Origin: Vicugna vicugna
Taxonomy: Eukaryota
Assembly (NCBI GenBank): GCA_013265495.1
Contig: MU058198.1
Coordinates: 1,872,419-1,936,418 of the forward strand
Reading direction: 5' to 3'
Length of the DNA stretch: 64,000 bases
Positions 50,063-62,399 of the stretch are shown here, piece after piece (the stretch's first letter is position 1; the number at the start of each line of letters is the position of its first letter). The translations under genes and the position numbers were made by a program. The notes beneath the pieces are model-generated. The model did not search any database, was not told the origin of the DNA, and saw only the letters and a list, made by a program, of their open reading frames with translations.

Positions 50063-50519
50063 GTAAGGCTCATTAATAAAAAGAGACTGCTCTTAGATGA
50101 AGATCTCATTGTGTGACTTGCAAAGAAAGATCTTAACTGTATATTTGGCCACCTGTTAATCAACAATTTCACAGATTAAGCTATATTAGAGTCCAGAAAT
50201 GCCCTCTTTAAGGCATAGTAAGTCTCAAAAGGTTAATTTTAATAGAAGCACTTTGGCTATGAGTTGTCTACAAGGCATTTGTTGTTCCTTCAAGTAAAAA
50301 AAAAAATGTGCCAAAACACATGTTACTGTGAAGTTAAGCATGAGTTGTTTTTCAAAGTCTGGCCAGAATGCAATGTATCACATGAATCCAGACCTTACAG
50401 CATGGAATGGTGGTCCCAAGTCCCGAAAGCTATTCCTCAGTCTCCTAAACCTATCACATCAAAAACAGGGATACTGGAGACTTAATGGGCTAGCTCCTCC
50501 GAATATATTTATTTTTAAG

Positions 50520-50750
50520 ATAGGAGTAGTAATGATTTACATTTACCAAGCACTTGTTTTGGCAAAAACCCTGTTAAAACACTTTACCTGCCTGTCAGTT
50601 AATCAGAGTAATCACCCTTATTTAGTAGATGTTTTTATTACCATCAATTAGATGAGAAGCACAGAAATTTAAGAAAGTCTGGTAGTTTTCCCCAAATCAG
50701 ACATCTAGTTCTGCTTGACATGTACACACTTAACCACTCACTGCTCTGCA
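50520..50750 (-). mobile_element. MIR fragment
   Basis: atttacatttaccaagcacttg...aaaacactttacc...tagatgagaagcacaga...cacttaaccact; further MIR/L2 remnants are likely at ~14700, 22140, 23450, 26060, 28360 and 35560. Confidence 0.6.
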
Positions 50751-52351
50751 TTACCGCTCTGAACATAAAGTGTCTTCTCTTTCATGTAATAATTTCCTCC
50801 CAGATACTTTTTTTAACTGCCACCTGATGGATCCTGTTCCTTTGGGTTAGCAAGCAGCCTGTAGGATTGCAAAGCCTGTGTGGTATTTTTTTTCTCTCCT
50901 TGAGGCTTTACTGTGAAGCATGATAATACATTGAGAAATGCTGCTTTTTCTTTATAAACATAATCCTGATTCTACAACTTACAATAATAGATTAGCTGAC
51001 TATAATTAATTGTCTCTATTCCTCCTCCCCTACAAGAATAATAGATGAGCCTTTTTAAACCATGGCCACACAGTAAAGAGAGAGGATAAAGGAAGTGTCC
51101 TGACTCATGAAATTGTTATTTTCAAATTACAGTATACTCCTTTTGTGTTTTGAAGATGTGGTTCACTTCATCTAAGTTGTCATATTTATATGTATAAAGT
51201 TATTCATAGTGTCCATTTATTATCCTTCTAATGACTGCAGGATCTGTAGTGATTTTCCTTGATCATTCCAAAATATTGATAATTCACGTCTTCTTTCTTG
51301 TTTCCCACCCTCTTTCTCACTGTCCATTTAGCTGGGTTATTTTCTAATCAATCTGTCTTCCTGTTCACATTCTACTCTTCATTTGTGTCCAGCCTGCTCT
51401 ATGTTATATATTGGTTTCTTAATTATAATCAGTTTTTTCAACTCTAATATCAGCTTTTGATTCTTTATATGGAATCCGGTTCTCCGGTAAGTTCTCTTTC
51501 TCTCATACCAACTTTACTTATGCATCTGTTTCTATTACCTGTGCTTTTCTTGCTTCTGTCTTTGGTATACCTAGCAATTTTTAAGTTGAACGTTAGAGAT
51601 TGTGTATAAAAATTATAAAGATTCTGCGTAAGGTTATCTTCTCCAGAGGAGTTTTTATTTAACTTCTGGCAGGTGGTGAGATTAAGAAAATATCGAAATC
51701 CACTCAAGGATTTAAGTGATTTGAGGTTGGGCTGACATTTTTGTAAGAACTGGTCTGAATCTTACTCACTCTTATTCCTAGGGTATATCCTTTCATGAAA
51801 CTTACTAAAAGCCTGAGAAATTACCAAGTCACCTCCACCACTTACAAATCTAAAAAGCCTCAAAAGAAAAAGAGGTATAGATTGTTTAGCTGGCTTCAAT
51901 ATATTTTCATTCTTTCCAGGGTCTTAGTCCCCACATGTTGATTACTTTCCTAGATATCTTAATACCTTCAAGTAGGTGATTTCTTATTTTTTTTAATCCA
52001 GCTTTTCTATTTTCTCAGAGGAAGGTTTTGTCTGCTGTAAGATAAGAAATAAAATAAAATAAAATCTGTAAGATTAAGTACTTATAGATCAGTTCATGAT
52101 AGATAAATAAGTTGAGAGAATATATAACATTATCAGTGAAGTAGGAGTTTAGGTTATAGGCTATGAAATGAGAGAGCTTGGGAATTTAATGATGGAATAG
52201 AATGCTTAGGGAGAATGGCAAATGTTTAAATAATGATTATGAGAATATTGAAAAGGATAAGAACCAAGTAAAATTATTTGTACTTCTTCAATATATATTG
52301 TAGATGATCTGTATTGTGGATAAACAGATCAATATTGCTTCCTCATCCTAG

Positions 52352-52601
52352 GTGACCTACTGAAATACTTGATGGAAAATGAAGATTGTATTCACTTATG
52401 CATTGTTGCATTTTCCATTGAGGTGAAGGCAAATCAAATAATATTTACTGCTCTGTTCAACAATCAAGCATATCATTCACCGTCTCTGACCCTGGCAATG
52501 TTAGACAACGTTCTTTTCAAGTCAGTTTCTGGCTCTAATTCTTCCTTAACAATCTCCAATAAACCTCAGCCACACCCTACTGAAAATGAACCCAGTGGAA
52601 A
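52352..52601 (+). CDS. Gene B coding exon 19 (ECD2)
   Basis: (G)DLLKYL...CIVAFS...TALFNNQAYHSPSLTLAMLDN...ISNKPQP; donor AA|GTATGT, phase 2. Confidence 0.94.
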
Positions 52602-52755
52602 GTATGTTATTCTTCAATTAAATTTGAACTTTACACTTTACATGCATTTTCTCACCATATATGATTACACTTACATGATTAAAAGCTATTTATAGAAACG
52701 TATTTTCTGCTATGTTGATTGTCTGATATATCTACCTTTTTTCCTTCTTCTGTAG

Positions 52756-52960
52756 GATAACAAGTGGAGATTCAGTGGCCTTACATGTACATCTTGGCAT
52801 GGCTCTTTTGATCAGTAGCTTTTGTCTCCAGACAGTGAGTGAGAGGGTCTCCAAGGCAAAGCACATCCAGTTTGTGAGTGGGGTCTCTGTCCTTGTGTAC
52901 TGGATTTCTGCTCTGCTGTGGGATTTCATCATCTTCTTCATTACCTGCTGCCTAATACTA
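52756..52960 (+). CDS. Gene B coding exon 20 (TM8-9)
   Basis: (K)ITSGDSVALHVHLGMALL...ERVSKAKHIQFVSGV...YWISALLWDF...LIL; donor CTA|GTGAGT. Confidence 0.95.
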
Positions 52961-53579
52961 GTGAGTATTAGATAAAGTTTCTTGAGGACTCATTTTCTTT
53001 CTGTACCCCATGGAAAATTCCTATTATCTGATTATATTATAAACCTAACTGCTGATAAACTATCTTTTCTCATTATCTTAAAAAACACAGTGCCGAAGTC
53101 TCATTGTAGACACTTTCTCATATTCCTTCATTAGGCAAAAATAACTTCTTTGCAAAAGCACAAAGACCTCTCATGGACTAGTTCCCCATTTGTTTTCTCA
53201 TCATTTTATGGTGACCCCAAAAGCCTCTCTGAAAGTGGGAATGTTCCTACCTGTAATAAGAGGTACTTACACTCTTATTACATACCTACATGGAAGTATA
53301 CATACTACCTTGTCTTGTCCAGTTTTGTTCTCTACCAGACCTTCTAGTTATACTATTGTCAGCTTTTTCTTTGAGTCTCTCTCAATTTATTTTAAAAATT
53401 TTATTGAACATCTGCTATTACCCAGACATTATCCTGGGATTCAGTGTGTGGTTTGTTTATAACTAAATCTAAATCTTATCTTCCAGTCCTCCTCCTGTTA
53501 AAGTTCCTAACCAAAGCTTCAAGGAAGATCTCCATGTAACTGGGTAGGATGGGGGAGGGGGGAAGGCATCGGACAGGAA

Positions 53580-54371
53580 TGGTGCCCCTGTTGGTGGGAA
53601 TGTAAATTAGTGCATTCACTATGGAAAACACTATGAAGGCTCCTCAAAAAAAATAATAACAATAGAACTACCACTTGTCAGATCTGTCTCTCTCTCTCTC
53701 TCTCTTTACCTATCAATCTATTCCACATCTTCTTTATGCAGTCATCTGTTGCTGGACACTTAGGTTCCTTCCATATGTTGGCTATTGTAAATTATGCTGC
53801 TATAAACTTTGGGGGGTATATATCTCTTCAAATTATTGTTTTTGTTTTCTTCAGGTATATACCCAGGAGTGGAATTGCTGGATTAAATGATAATTCTATT
53901 TTTCACTTTTTGTATCGGTATAGTTCATTTGCAATAATATATATTATGGCATATATATCAATATATATATATTTAAAATATGTGTAATGGAATATTAGTC
54001 ATACAAATAATGAAATTTTGCCATTTGCTACAATATGGATGAACCTGGAGAGCATTATGCTTAATGAATTAAGTCAACAACAACAACAAATGAATGTAAC
54101 AAAACAGAAACAGACTTAAAGATACAGAGAACAAAGTAATATTTACCAGTTGGGGGAAGGATGGGGAAGGGGCAAGATAGAGATTGGGGATTAAGAGGTA
54201 CAAACTACTATGTATAAACTAAATAAGATACAGGAATATATTGTAGAGCACAGGGAATACAGCCAACATTTTATAACACATTTATATAAAATATAGTTTA
54301 TAAAAATATTAAATTACTATTTTGTACACCTGAAACTAATAACTGTAAATCAACTATAATTAATAAAAAAG
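53580..54371 (+). mobile_element. L1 3' end with an internal antisense segment
   Basis: Sense 53580-53672, antisense ~53700-53910, sense ~53980-54371 ending aataaaaaag. Confidence 0.7.
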
Positions 54372-55823
54372 AATTAACTAGGGCTATATTCAACAACGTG
54401 GGAGGATCTCACAAATATAATGCTGAGTGAAAGAAGCCAGATACAAAAGGTTATATATTGTATAATTACATTCATAAAAAATTCATAGTGCAGATAATAC
54501 TGTACTTTATTATTTAGAGATGCATGCCAATGTGATAATACTGTAAAGAAATATAATGACAAGAAGTGTTTATGATAAAAGTTAGAAAAGTGGTTACTTT
54601 TACAGTATTTGGAGGAGTTCATGATATGTTTCTTTGATATAAGTACTGGTGTTGTGGTAGTTGCTCGTGGATTGTTTTGTGATCATTCATTTATATTCAT
54701 GCAGTCTTCTAGGTATGTGTTACAGTTCACATTAAAGAGGTTAAACTTCTTACTTGAAAACCTTTTTTGCACGTTCATTTATAGATTAATTTGGGTAAAA
54801 TCTATATATTCATAATGCATGGCATTCTTGTTCAAAAACAGAGTGTTCTGCCTATTTTCAAACTAGGAATTCAACTTTTCTTTGAAATAGATTATGATTT
54901 GTGATACTGAAGGATTATAAGCCTTCAAACACAGAGATTTCTAGACTATTCCAACTTTTATTGACTACATCATTGTTTTATTCTTTAGGTTTACAGTATA
55001 CTCATTCAAAAACAAAACAACCTTAGCTATAGACTGAATTACAATCTACTAATCCTCTCCATTGCTATTGCTACCACCACCAAGAACACCAGTTATTAAC
55101 CGTAATATGACCCCTCTTAGCTTACCTTACTATTTACTTCTTGGTTGTCCTGCTAATTGCACAAAGGGACAACCCTAATATTTGTAGAGAAACTGCAGTT
55201 ACTAACTAATGAGACGTAGATATCCAGATATTTATTTCCTTTAACAACTATAGTTTCCTCTCCACCACCACCGTCTGTTCAATTTAGGTCCCTCTAATTC
55301 TGTGCTTCACTGTGTGGTTTTCAATTTCTATTAGAAAAATTTAAGAAAGAAGTCCCAGAGTTGCTTAGGTGAATGTAATGGAGCTGGAGGAGTAGAACGT
55401 AACCAGCAGACCCAGTGTGAAGGTAGATAGCAGTGATAGGTACGATATGTAGTCAGAGGGAACATCTCTATAGAAATAATCTCTCTTTGGAGAAATAATC
55501 TACTTTCTGGGAAAACTGAGAGTTAGGATTATTGAGGGAAAGTATAATGACTTTGTTTATGGATTTTTTTTAAACTGTCCCAAGTTGAAAAGGGAGGAAT
55601 TCCAGTGGTTCTCCCCACTGGACTGTCCTCTAATGAAGAAGATGTGTAAGTATTTTACTTCATGCTAATAGGCTAAGCCTTTTTTTAAGAGGCAAATTGA
55701 TTTTAATTAATGAACATATCTGTACTAAATAAAGATAGGACTCCTTCTGTAAATGTTCTAGGTTGAATTATTTTTGCACTTACCCTTCACCGCGACTTTA
55801 TCTCTGTACCCTCTGTGTTTCAG

Positions 55824-56040
55824 GGAGTGTTCAAATACTGCCAGTTGGATACATATGTCACTGATTACCATTTTCTCGACACTCTGCTGATCTTCACGCT
55901 GTATGGCTGGTCTGCCATTCCCCTTGTGTACCTGCTGAGCTACCTGTTTACTAGAAGTACTTCTGCCTACATCAAACTTGTGCTGTTCCACTACCTCTCA
56001 GGCATTTTCACTCTCCTCATAGATGCCACATTTCAATTCG
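55824..56040 (+). CDS. Gene B coding exon 21
   Basis: tttcag|GVFKY...LYGWSAIPLVYLLSYLF...ATFQF; donor at 56040, or in frame at 56046 (GTAAGG GTAAGG). Confidence 0.93.
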
Positions 56041-59000
56041 GTAAGGGTAAGGACTTCACAAAATTTCTCTTTCCCTGGAAGGCAGCAGTAAGTAAATAAG
56101 CAGGGCCTGGACTACGGATATTAGAATAAAGTTAAATTCTAGATTTTGAGAATATCCTAGACTTGATGGAAGTCAATAAAATTATTTTGAGTGCCTGTGA
56201 TGCTCTAGGCATTGTGTTAGAGCTGGGAATCCTCATTTTGAGGTGATGGGACTCAACGCGACCTACAGGTTCTTTGACAGGATTCCTCCTCTGTAACCCC
56301 ACATCTTGTAGCTCCAACATATAACTTGAAGAATCTGTTTTGCACTGGATTTTGAAAATATAGGAGCATTTTCCCCTGAGATTCATTGACTCCTTTGTCA
56401 GAGAGAAAGAGAGAGAGAGAACACAAAAAGCAACTTTCTTCTGAGAAGGGCAGACCCCAGAAAGTTAGAATAAATTATATCTCAAATATATTAGATCATG
56501 ATTGTGTTTAAGAGTGTTATCCCTTGATACTGTGGCATTTTGTAGTGTGGGGAAAAGAAGGGAGAGTAGAGGAGAATCTTGAGTTCTTAGGAGAAGCCAG
56601 CAGTCTTGTTGAGAGAAGGTTTTATGGTGTGGTGCTGAATAACATCCACATTAATCAGTATTTGATTAATGAATTAATGAATCCTGAGCACCCTAACAAG
56701 ATTTTCCAGAAAGAAGAAAAACTCTGTATGTACCTGACATAATTATAACTAAGCCAGTTTTCCTTCCTTCTGGGCCAGTTTCTGCAGTATTCTTAAATTT
56801 GTATCTCCACATTTTTCTTGTTTGATTTTGAGAATTGGGGAGATAGTAACTAAACTGACCATTATTATAAACAGAGTTCTTAAAAGAGAGACGACTCTTA
56901 AAAGAGACCTTTGTTGAATCACTCTACAGCATGAACATGAACTGGCTTACTACTCTTCACCACTCCAGGCCTCCCTGTGATTGCAGAGCCCCATAAGCAC
57001 GGGCTTCCTGCCGCCTTCCCTTAGCCCTTCACCTGTCATACACAAACTGCCTGCAAACTCCTTCAGGAATGAGTATCTCACATCAGCAAGGCATGCATAG
57101 CAGACAAAAAAACTTACAAGAGATAAGCCTTAGCACTCATTCTCACAAAGGAATTCCCAAATTACAGAAAGCAAGTATCTGTATATTTTTGCACACCTTT
57201 CCAAAGAGAAATATTCTGTTACATGGAGAAGACTCACCTGAAAGCATCTGAGTTTGTGAGCCCTCTAGGTTAGGACCTAGAATGAAATTATTTAAGGGAC
57301 TATAGAGAAGAGGAATAGTTATGTGAGGATAACAAAAAGAAGAAATTACTGTTTTATAAAATTTAAGAGACATTTTTGGGGAGAAATGTATTGCAAAGGG
57401 TCGTGAAGGGTACAAACAACAGTAACAAAAGAAACCTAGTAGATTTTCAACCAGAAGGTCAGAGGATACTTCCACTTTTCAGCAGCAGAACAAACTCTGT
57501 GAATGATACTCAGCCAAAAATAATGAACTGAGAAGAAAGTATAGAGTTGGTAGAGTTCAAGAATAAAGTGAAAGCAAGTGTCCTTGAAGGTAAACAGCAT
57601 TAAAGTTAGTTTTGACCTGAGGTTTTTGACAGGATCTGATGACCTTCATTTTCTATTTCCATAAGTTGTAAGAAACAGAGATTAGAATGAAAAGTATAGA
57701 AATACAACAATGGCTTAGTTAGATTCCTGTCTAAAATTGGAAGTTCAAATGGCTATGTGCTCATTACAAGGGTGAACAAAATTTAACTAATGCCACAATC
57801 GGGCACAGAAAGGAACTCTGCAGAGTTTGGATTTGGCACTAGACTAAGGAACAGTAGTTTCCTTTGGAACTTGTAACTACTTGCAAATACTCATGTAAGC
57901 TTGTATCCTGAAATTATAGTGCCCATGTAAGCCAAAAAACATAATCTGATCATTTATTTTAAATAACCTCAGTTGGTTGTGTCTCCAGGTGAGTGGCAAA
58001 GGTATACACAATTCCAAGACTTCAAAGTAGTCCCACAGTTAAGTTTTCCAGATAACCTGAGATCAAGTTAAAAGAACAAAGAAACAGATCTTAAGAGCTC
58101 AGGGTAGCAAAAAACCACAAACTGTAGGCTCAGAATCAGACCTGCAAATTTTAAGCTTTGAGAGGTTTTAGAACAGAATCTAAAATAGGTATGTTTAAAA
58201 TATTTAAATAGTAACAGAATCCCAGGTATTTGCGCAAAAAATGGAATCTATATCATAGAAATATATAATAAATAATAGAGCATATATATGCATGTACTGC
58301 ATATGTACAGTATACATATACAATATGCCTCCACTGTGTGCCAGAATTCCTTGCCTTTTGTCTTAGAGGTATACCCGAGGAGCAAAACGGTCCCCTCTGC
58401 CTGGGGTATAAACAAATCTCAGTCCTACCTATGAAGTTGCATAGCCCCTGGGTACGGATTCATGTTTCAACCTCACCTCCACCTAGGAGCCGCGCACCAG
58501 CAAATATGGTGGCTATAGCTGAGCCCTGCCTCTCTTCTCCAGAGAATGCACCAGTGATGGTGCCATGGGCCTGCAGACAGAGACTATGGCCCAGCTGCGT
58601 TGTCCCCTCCCTCCAACTTGCACCAGCAGTGTTGCTTTTTTTTTTTAATGGGTGACAGAGGCTATTCTGTTCTGTATACACTCCCAGCCACGGTGTACAA
58701 CACACTCCAGCCCCCTGAGGCTGCCTCTGCACAGTCAGTCCCATCCCTCTGCCTGGCCCGGGCAGCCAGCTCTGGCCCACCCCTTGTGTCTAGGGCTAGG
58801 GATCGCAGGGACCCTTGAAAAAGAGAGATTTTATAGCTTTAACTATTAACAGTGAAAAGGCTAAAACCTAACTAACAAACCATCCAACTTAAAATAGTTA
58901 GAAAAATAATATCATAATAAACACAAAAAGTATAAGTAAAGAACAAATAAGAGCAAAACTTAACCAAATGGAAAGTAAATATACAAGAGTATACCCTCAG

Positions 59001-60264
59001 AGCCCTTAATCAACTAGATGGGGGGATAAAATTAGCAAAATGGTGAGATGATGAAGATAAATAAATGTTAGGTATACAAATGTTTTATATATCTAGTTAT
59101 TACATATACATGTGTATATATATATATGTACATGTATTATATGTAATGTTACACCAATGAAAAATAAGAGGATATGATAAAGTTAGGATAACAAATGTAA
59201 AAACTTCAAGTAAAATTTTCCATTTCTAGAAAAAGTGCAATTACTAAATCTGATTTAAGAGGTCTTAGAAAATTTGAATTGTATTACAGGCATTCAAGTA
59301 ATTAAAAATTAAATTATTTTCACAAAGAAAACAAAGCATAAATAACACTGTTGGTGAGTTCTATATATTCTTCCAGGTAGCACAGAAAAGAACATGCTAG
59401 TACTTTCAACCCCTTCTATGAGATTAGCAAAAGCCTAATTGCCATAATCTGACAAGATTATCATGAACTAATTTAATTCATAAACATGAGTTCGAAAGTT
59501 CTCAACAAAAGATTGGTAAACTGAATCTAAGAAGGTTGCTTTCATATTAGAAAATCTATAAATATAATTCCTATCTTAGTGAACTAGTGGGGGAAACAAT
59601 CATCTCAATAGCAGAAAAATCAATGATACATAATAAAATTTCTTAGTAACTAAGACTGGGGGAAATGTAACTGACTTTATAAAGGGCAAATGCATACGCA
59701 AAACTCTATCGCAAATACAACATTCAATAATGGCTTAGTGAAGAGTTCCCTTTAAAAATGAGGAACTAGATGAGTGTGACTGTTATTGTCAATTCTATTA
59801 TGTAGAAAAATAAATAAAATACAAGCAGACTAGAAAGAAACTACCATTATTCATAAATGCTATAAAATCTGAGGCACTATTACCAGCATATGAATAACAG
59901 ATGCCGGGGCAAGCCAAAAGAGCACATGTAAAACATAGCTTTCCCTAGAGTTCTGTAAAAAGAATTTATATTACATCAGTATACATCAAGGTGGCCACAC
60001 CAGTCGTTAACAGTAGTTTACAATTTAGTTGACTGATACTCCGTTCTGAACTTACAGCACCCATGCTGAAGTGGATGATAATTATCTTCAATAACACCTT
60101 TTTGTCAGTTTTTACCTTTCCCCATCCCTAAAGAGGCATTCATCCCTTTTACAGGTAAGATACTCTGTTCTCTTCCTCACCTAGAAAGATCTTTCTCTAC
60201 TCTTTTGAAGTGAGAAGATATTTATGACAGCTACAGGTATAGGTCAAAAGATATTAGACTGTTT

Positions 60265-60465
60265 CTATATACTATGTAATATGGTAGACACCAGCCCCAT
60301 TGGCAATTTAAACTTAAATTTAAATTTATTGAAATTAAATACAATTTAAAATTCAGTTCCGTAGCCACATTAGCCACATTTTAGATGCTCCATAGCCACA
60401 TGTGTGTATTAGCACAGCTACAGAGCTTTTCCATAATCATGAGAAGTTCGACTAGAAAGCGCTAG
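60265..60465. mobile_element. MER3-like hAT MITE
   Basis: aatatggtagacaccagcc...ttaaaattcagttcc..agccacattttagatgctccatagccacatgtg...agaagttc..tagaaagcgct. Confidence 0.7.
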
Positions 60466-61216
60466 TCTGGGCATAATTAGTGCCACTTTGGGCATCTGTT
60501 CGAGTGACCAACAACCAGAATTCTTTAATCTGGATCAATTATTTCTTTGTCAAGATCTACATAGGACAGAACTGCCATGTCTTTGACACTTGAGCTTTCA
60601 ATGCTGGGCCATCTGTCTTCGCTCAAGAACCTTCTCTCTAACTAGCCTTTTATCTTTTTCCCAAAAACCTGAAGTGATTATCAAAATTCAATATGGCAGT
60701 TCATAAATTAAGCACATTCATATCTCTAGGAATTTAGTCTCAAATTATTATTGATATTAAATGCATTCTTTGGAGGAGAGACATTCATTATCTCAGCTGG
60801 TTTCTTTGAAGATTTTTCCACTCTCAAATATGTTGTAGTTTCCCTACCTGTTTGGTAATGTTGAGTTCTAGGCTATCTCTCACACCTCTGCTTTACTCCT
60901 TTAATTGACCAATTAGGATTAGAAATGTGAAAAACAGACAATAGTAGTTTCCTGTTCATATCAGTTACCAAAAAGACATATTATGTGGACTCCCACTTCA
61001 CCAGAAATACTTTTCAGAACTCTGCAGTCATCAACACAAACTGTGTCACCAGATATCAGCTGGAACAAACTTACTGGAAAGTAATTAGTGTTTTTCAAAT
61101 ATAATCATCTGGTTTTTAATCTCCTGAGCTTGGTTTGATCATCATTGGGGGATTCGTTGTCCTGGGGATACTTTATTTCCTATAATGAAACCTAATTTAA
61201 TCTTTTTTTTTTTCAG

Positions 61217-61387
61217 AAGTTCAACATGGCATGTCAAACGCCACCAGAAACTTCATATTTAATGTATTACTGCTATTTCCCAACTACAACCTTGGGAAGT
61301 GCATTGCTGGTTATTTTACTTTCTACCAGATGAAAAAATGGTGCTCCGTAGAAAAACCTCCTGCCCACCTAAATTGTAGTAAAGCAA
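61217..61387 (+). CDS. Gene B coding exon 22 (last seen in window)
   Basis: T-tract cag|(E)VQHGMSNATRNFIFNVLLLFPNYNLGKCI...WCS...LNCSKA; donor A|GTAAGT; absent from the ORF track. Confidence 0.9.
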
Positions 61388-62399
61388 GTAAGTATCTTGA
61401 GGGTTCCTAAGTCTCTAGGAAATTAGTCCCAGGCTCAGCCCATGAAAGACGTGGGGAGTCTGCCCTTATTGCAAACAAGAAAATCAGGACACATGTTCAG
61501 TACACATTGTTTTACAGGACTGAGGAAAAGCCTTTGTAAATATAATGATGCCTCAAAGGCAAATCCAAGGTAACTTTAAATTAGTCATCAGATACAGAAG
61601 TCAGAGCTACTAATAATCAACCACCTGGTAACTTTACATTCATGATGTTAAATCTTTATGATCTCAAGTTATCTGTTTTTATATTCATTTTGAGGAATCA
61701 GACTCTATGCCTCATGTCAGACAACTTTTACGGACCAGAACTGGAATTCAAAGTGTAGGTTCTTCCATTGCATAATGCAGTTCACCTACGGGAAAGAACC
61801 TCCAGGGGACGCATTTGTATCATAATTGCGTTGTATTTACTTCTGTTACCTCCCACCACCATCACCCCTCATAATCACACACACTTACCTGCCCACAACT
61901 TATTTGAAGGAATGGATAAAAAATTCCACCCCTTAGTGTCTAATATAGTATTTAAAACATGGAGGAACTCAACTGTTTTAAATAAATAGATAAAAGTTGG
62001 GATGTAGTGATGGGATGATAAAGAGCAGTAGGATGGGGGAAGAGAGGCAGAAAGAAGAACAGTACTGCAGATCTGGGTAAATGAAAAGGGTAAAAATTCA
62101 TCTTAAACTCAGAAATCCCTAAGGGTGTCACTCTATCATTTATTAGATAATTCTTAAAATATCTTATTTTGTCAAGAGTGAGGAGAGTGAGAATGGAAGG
62201 AGTAGTACTTAGTAAGCCAAGTCCTACCTAGAACAGTAGTCGGTGACCTCCAAGGGAAGTTGTGTATTCAAACAGTTCTAAACTATAGGACAGTAAACTT
62301 TCAGGGGTGGGACAATGTGGAAAAAAATGGAAAGGAAAACTTAATGTAAAATTTAGTGACTTGAAAAGCCATGCTATTACTGAGTGTCTGTAGAACCTG

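Larger units (their letters stand above)
15396..61387 (+). other. Gene B span (3'-partial): ABCA3-like / ABCA14-16 family ABC transporter, 22 coding exons
   Basis: Exon lengths sum to 3799 nt (1266 codons + 1 nt) with no stop or phase clash; N-terminal LxxKN motif, Walker A, Q-loop, LSGGM signature, Walker B, D-loop and H-loop are all present. Confidence 0.93.

Noticed and set aside
15396..61387. Calling gene B ABCA3 itself, or naming a specific paralog
   Set aside because: The protein is clearly diverged from ABCA3 and sits in an AT-rich tandem array; ABCA14 versus 15 versus 16 cannot be decided without alignment.
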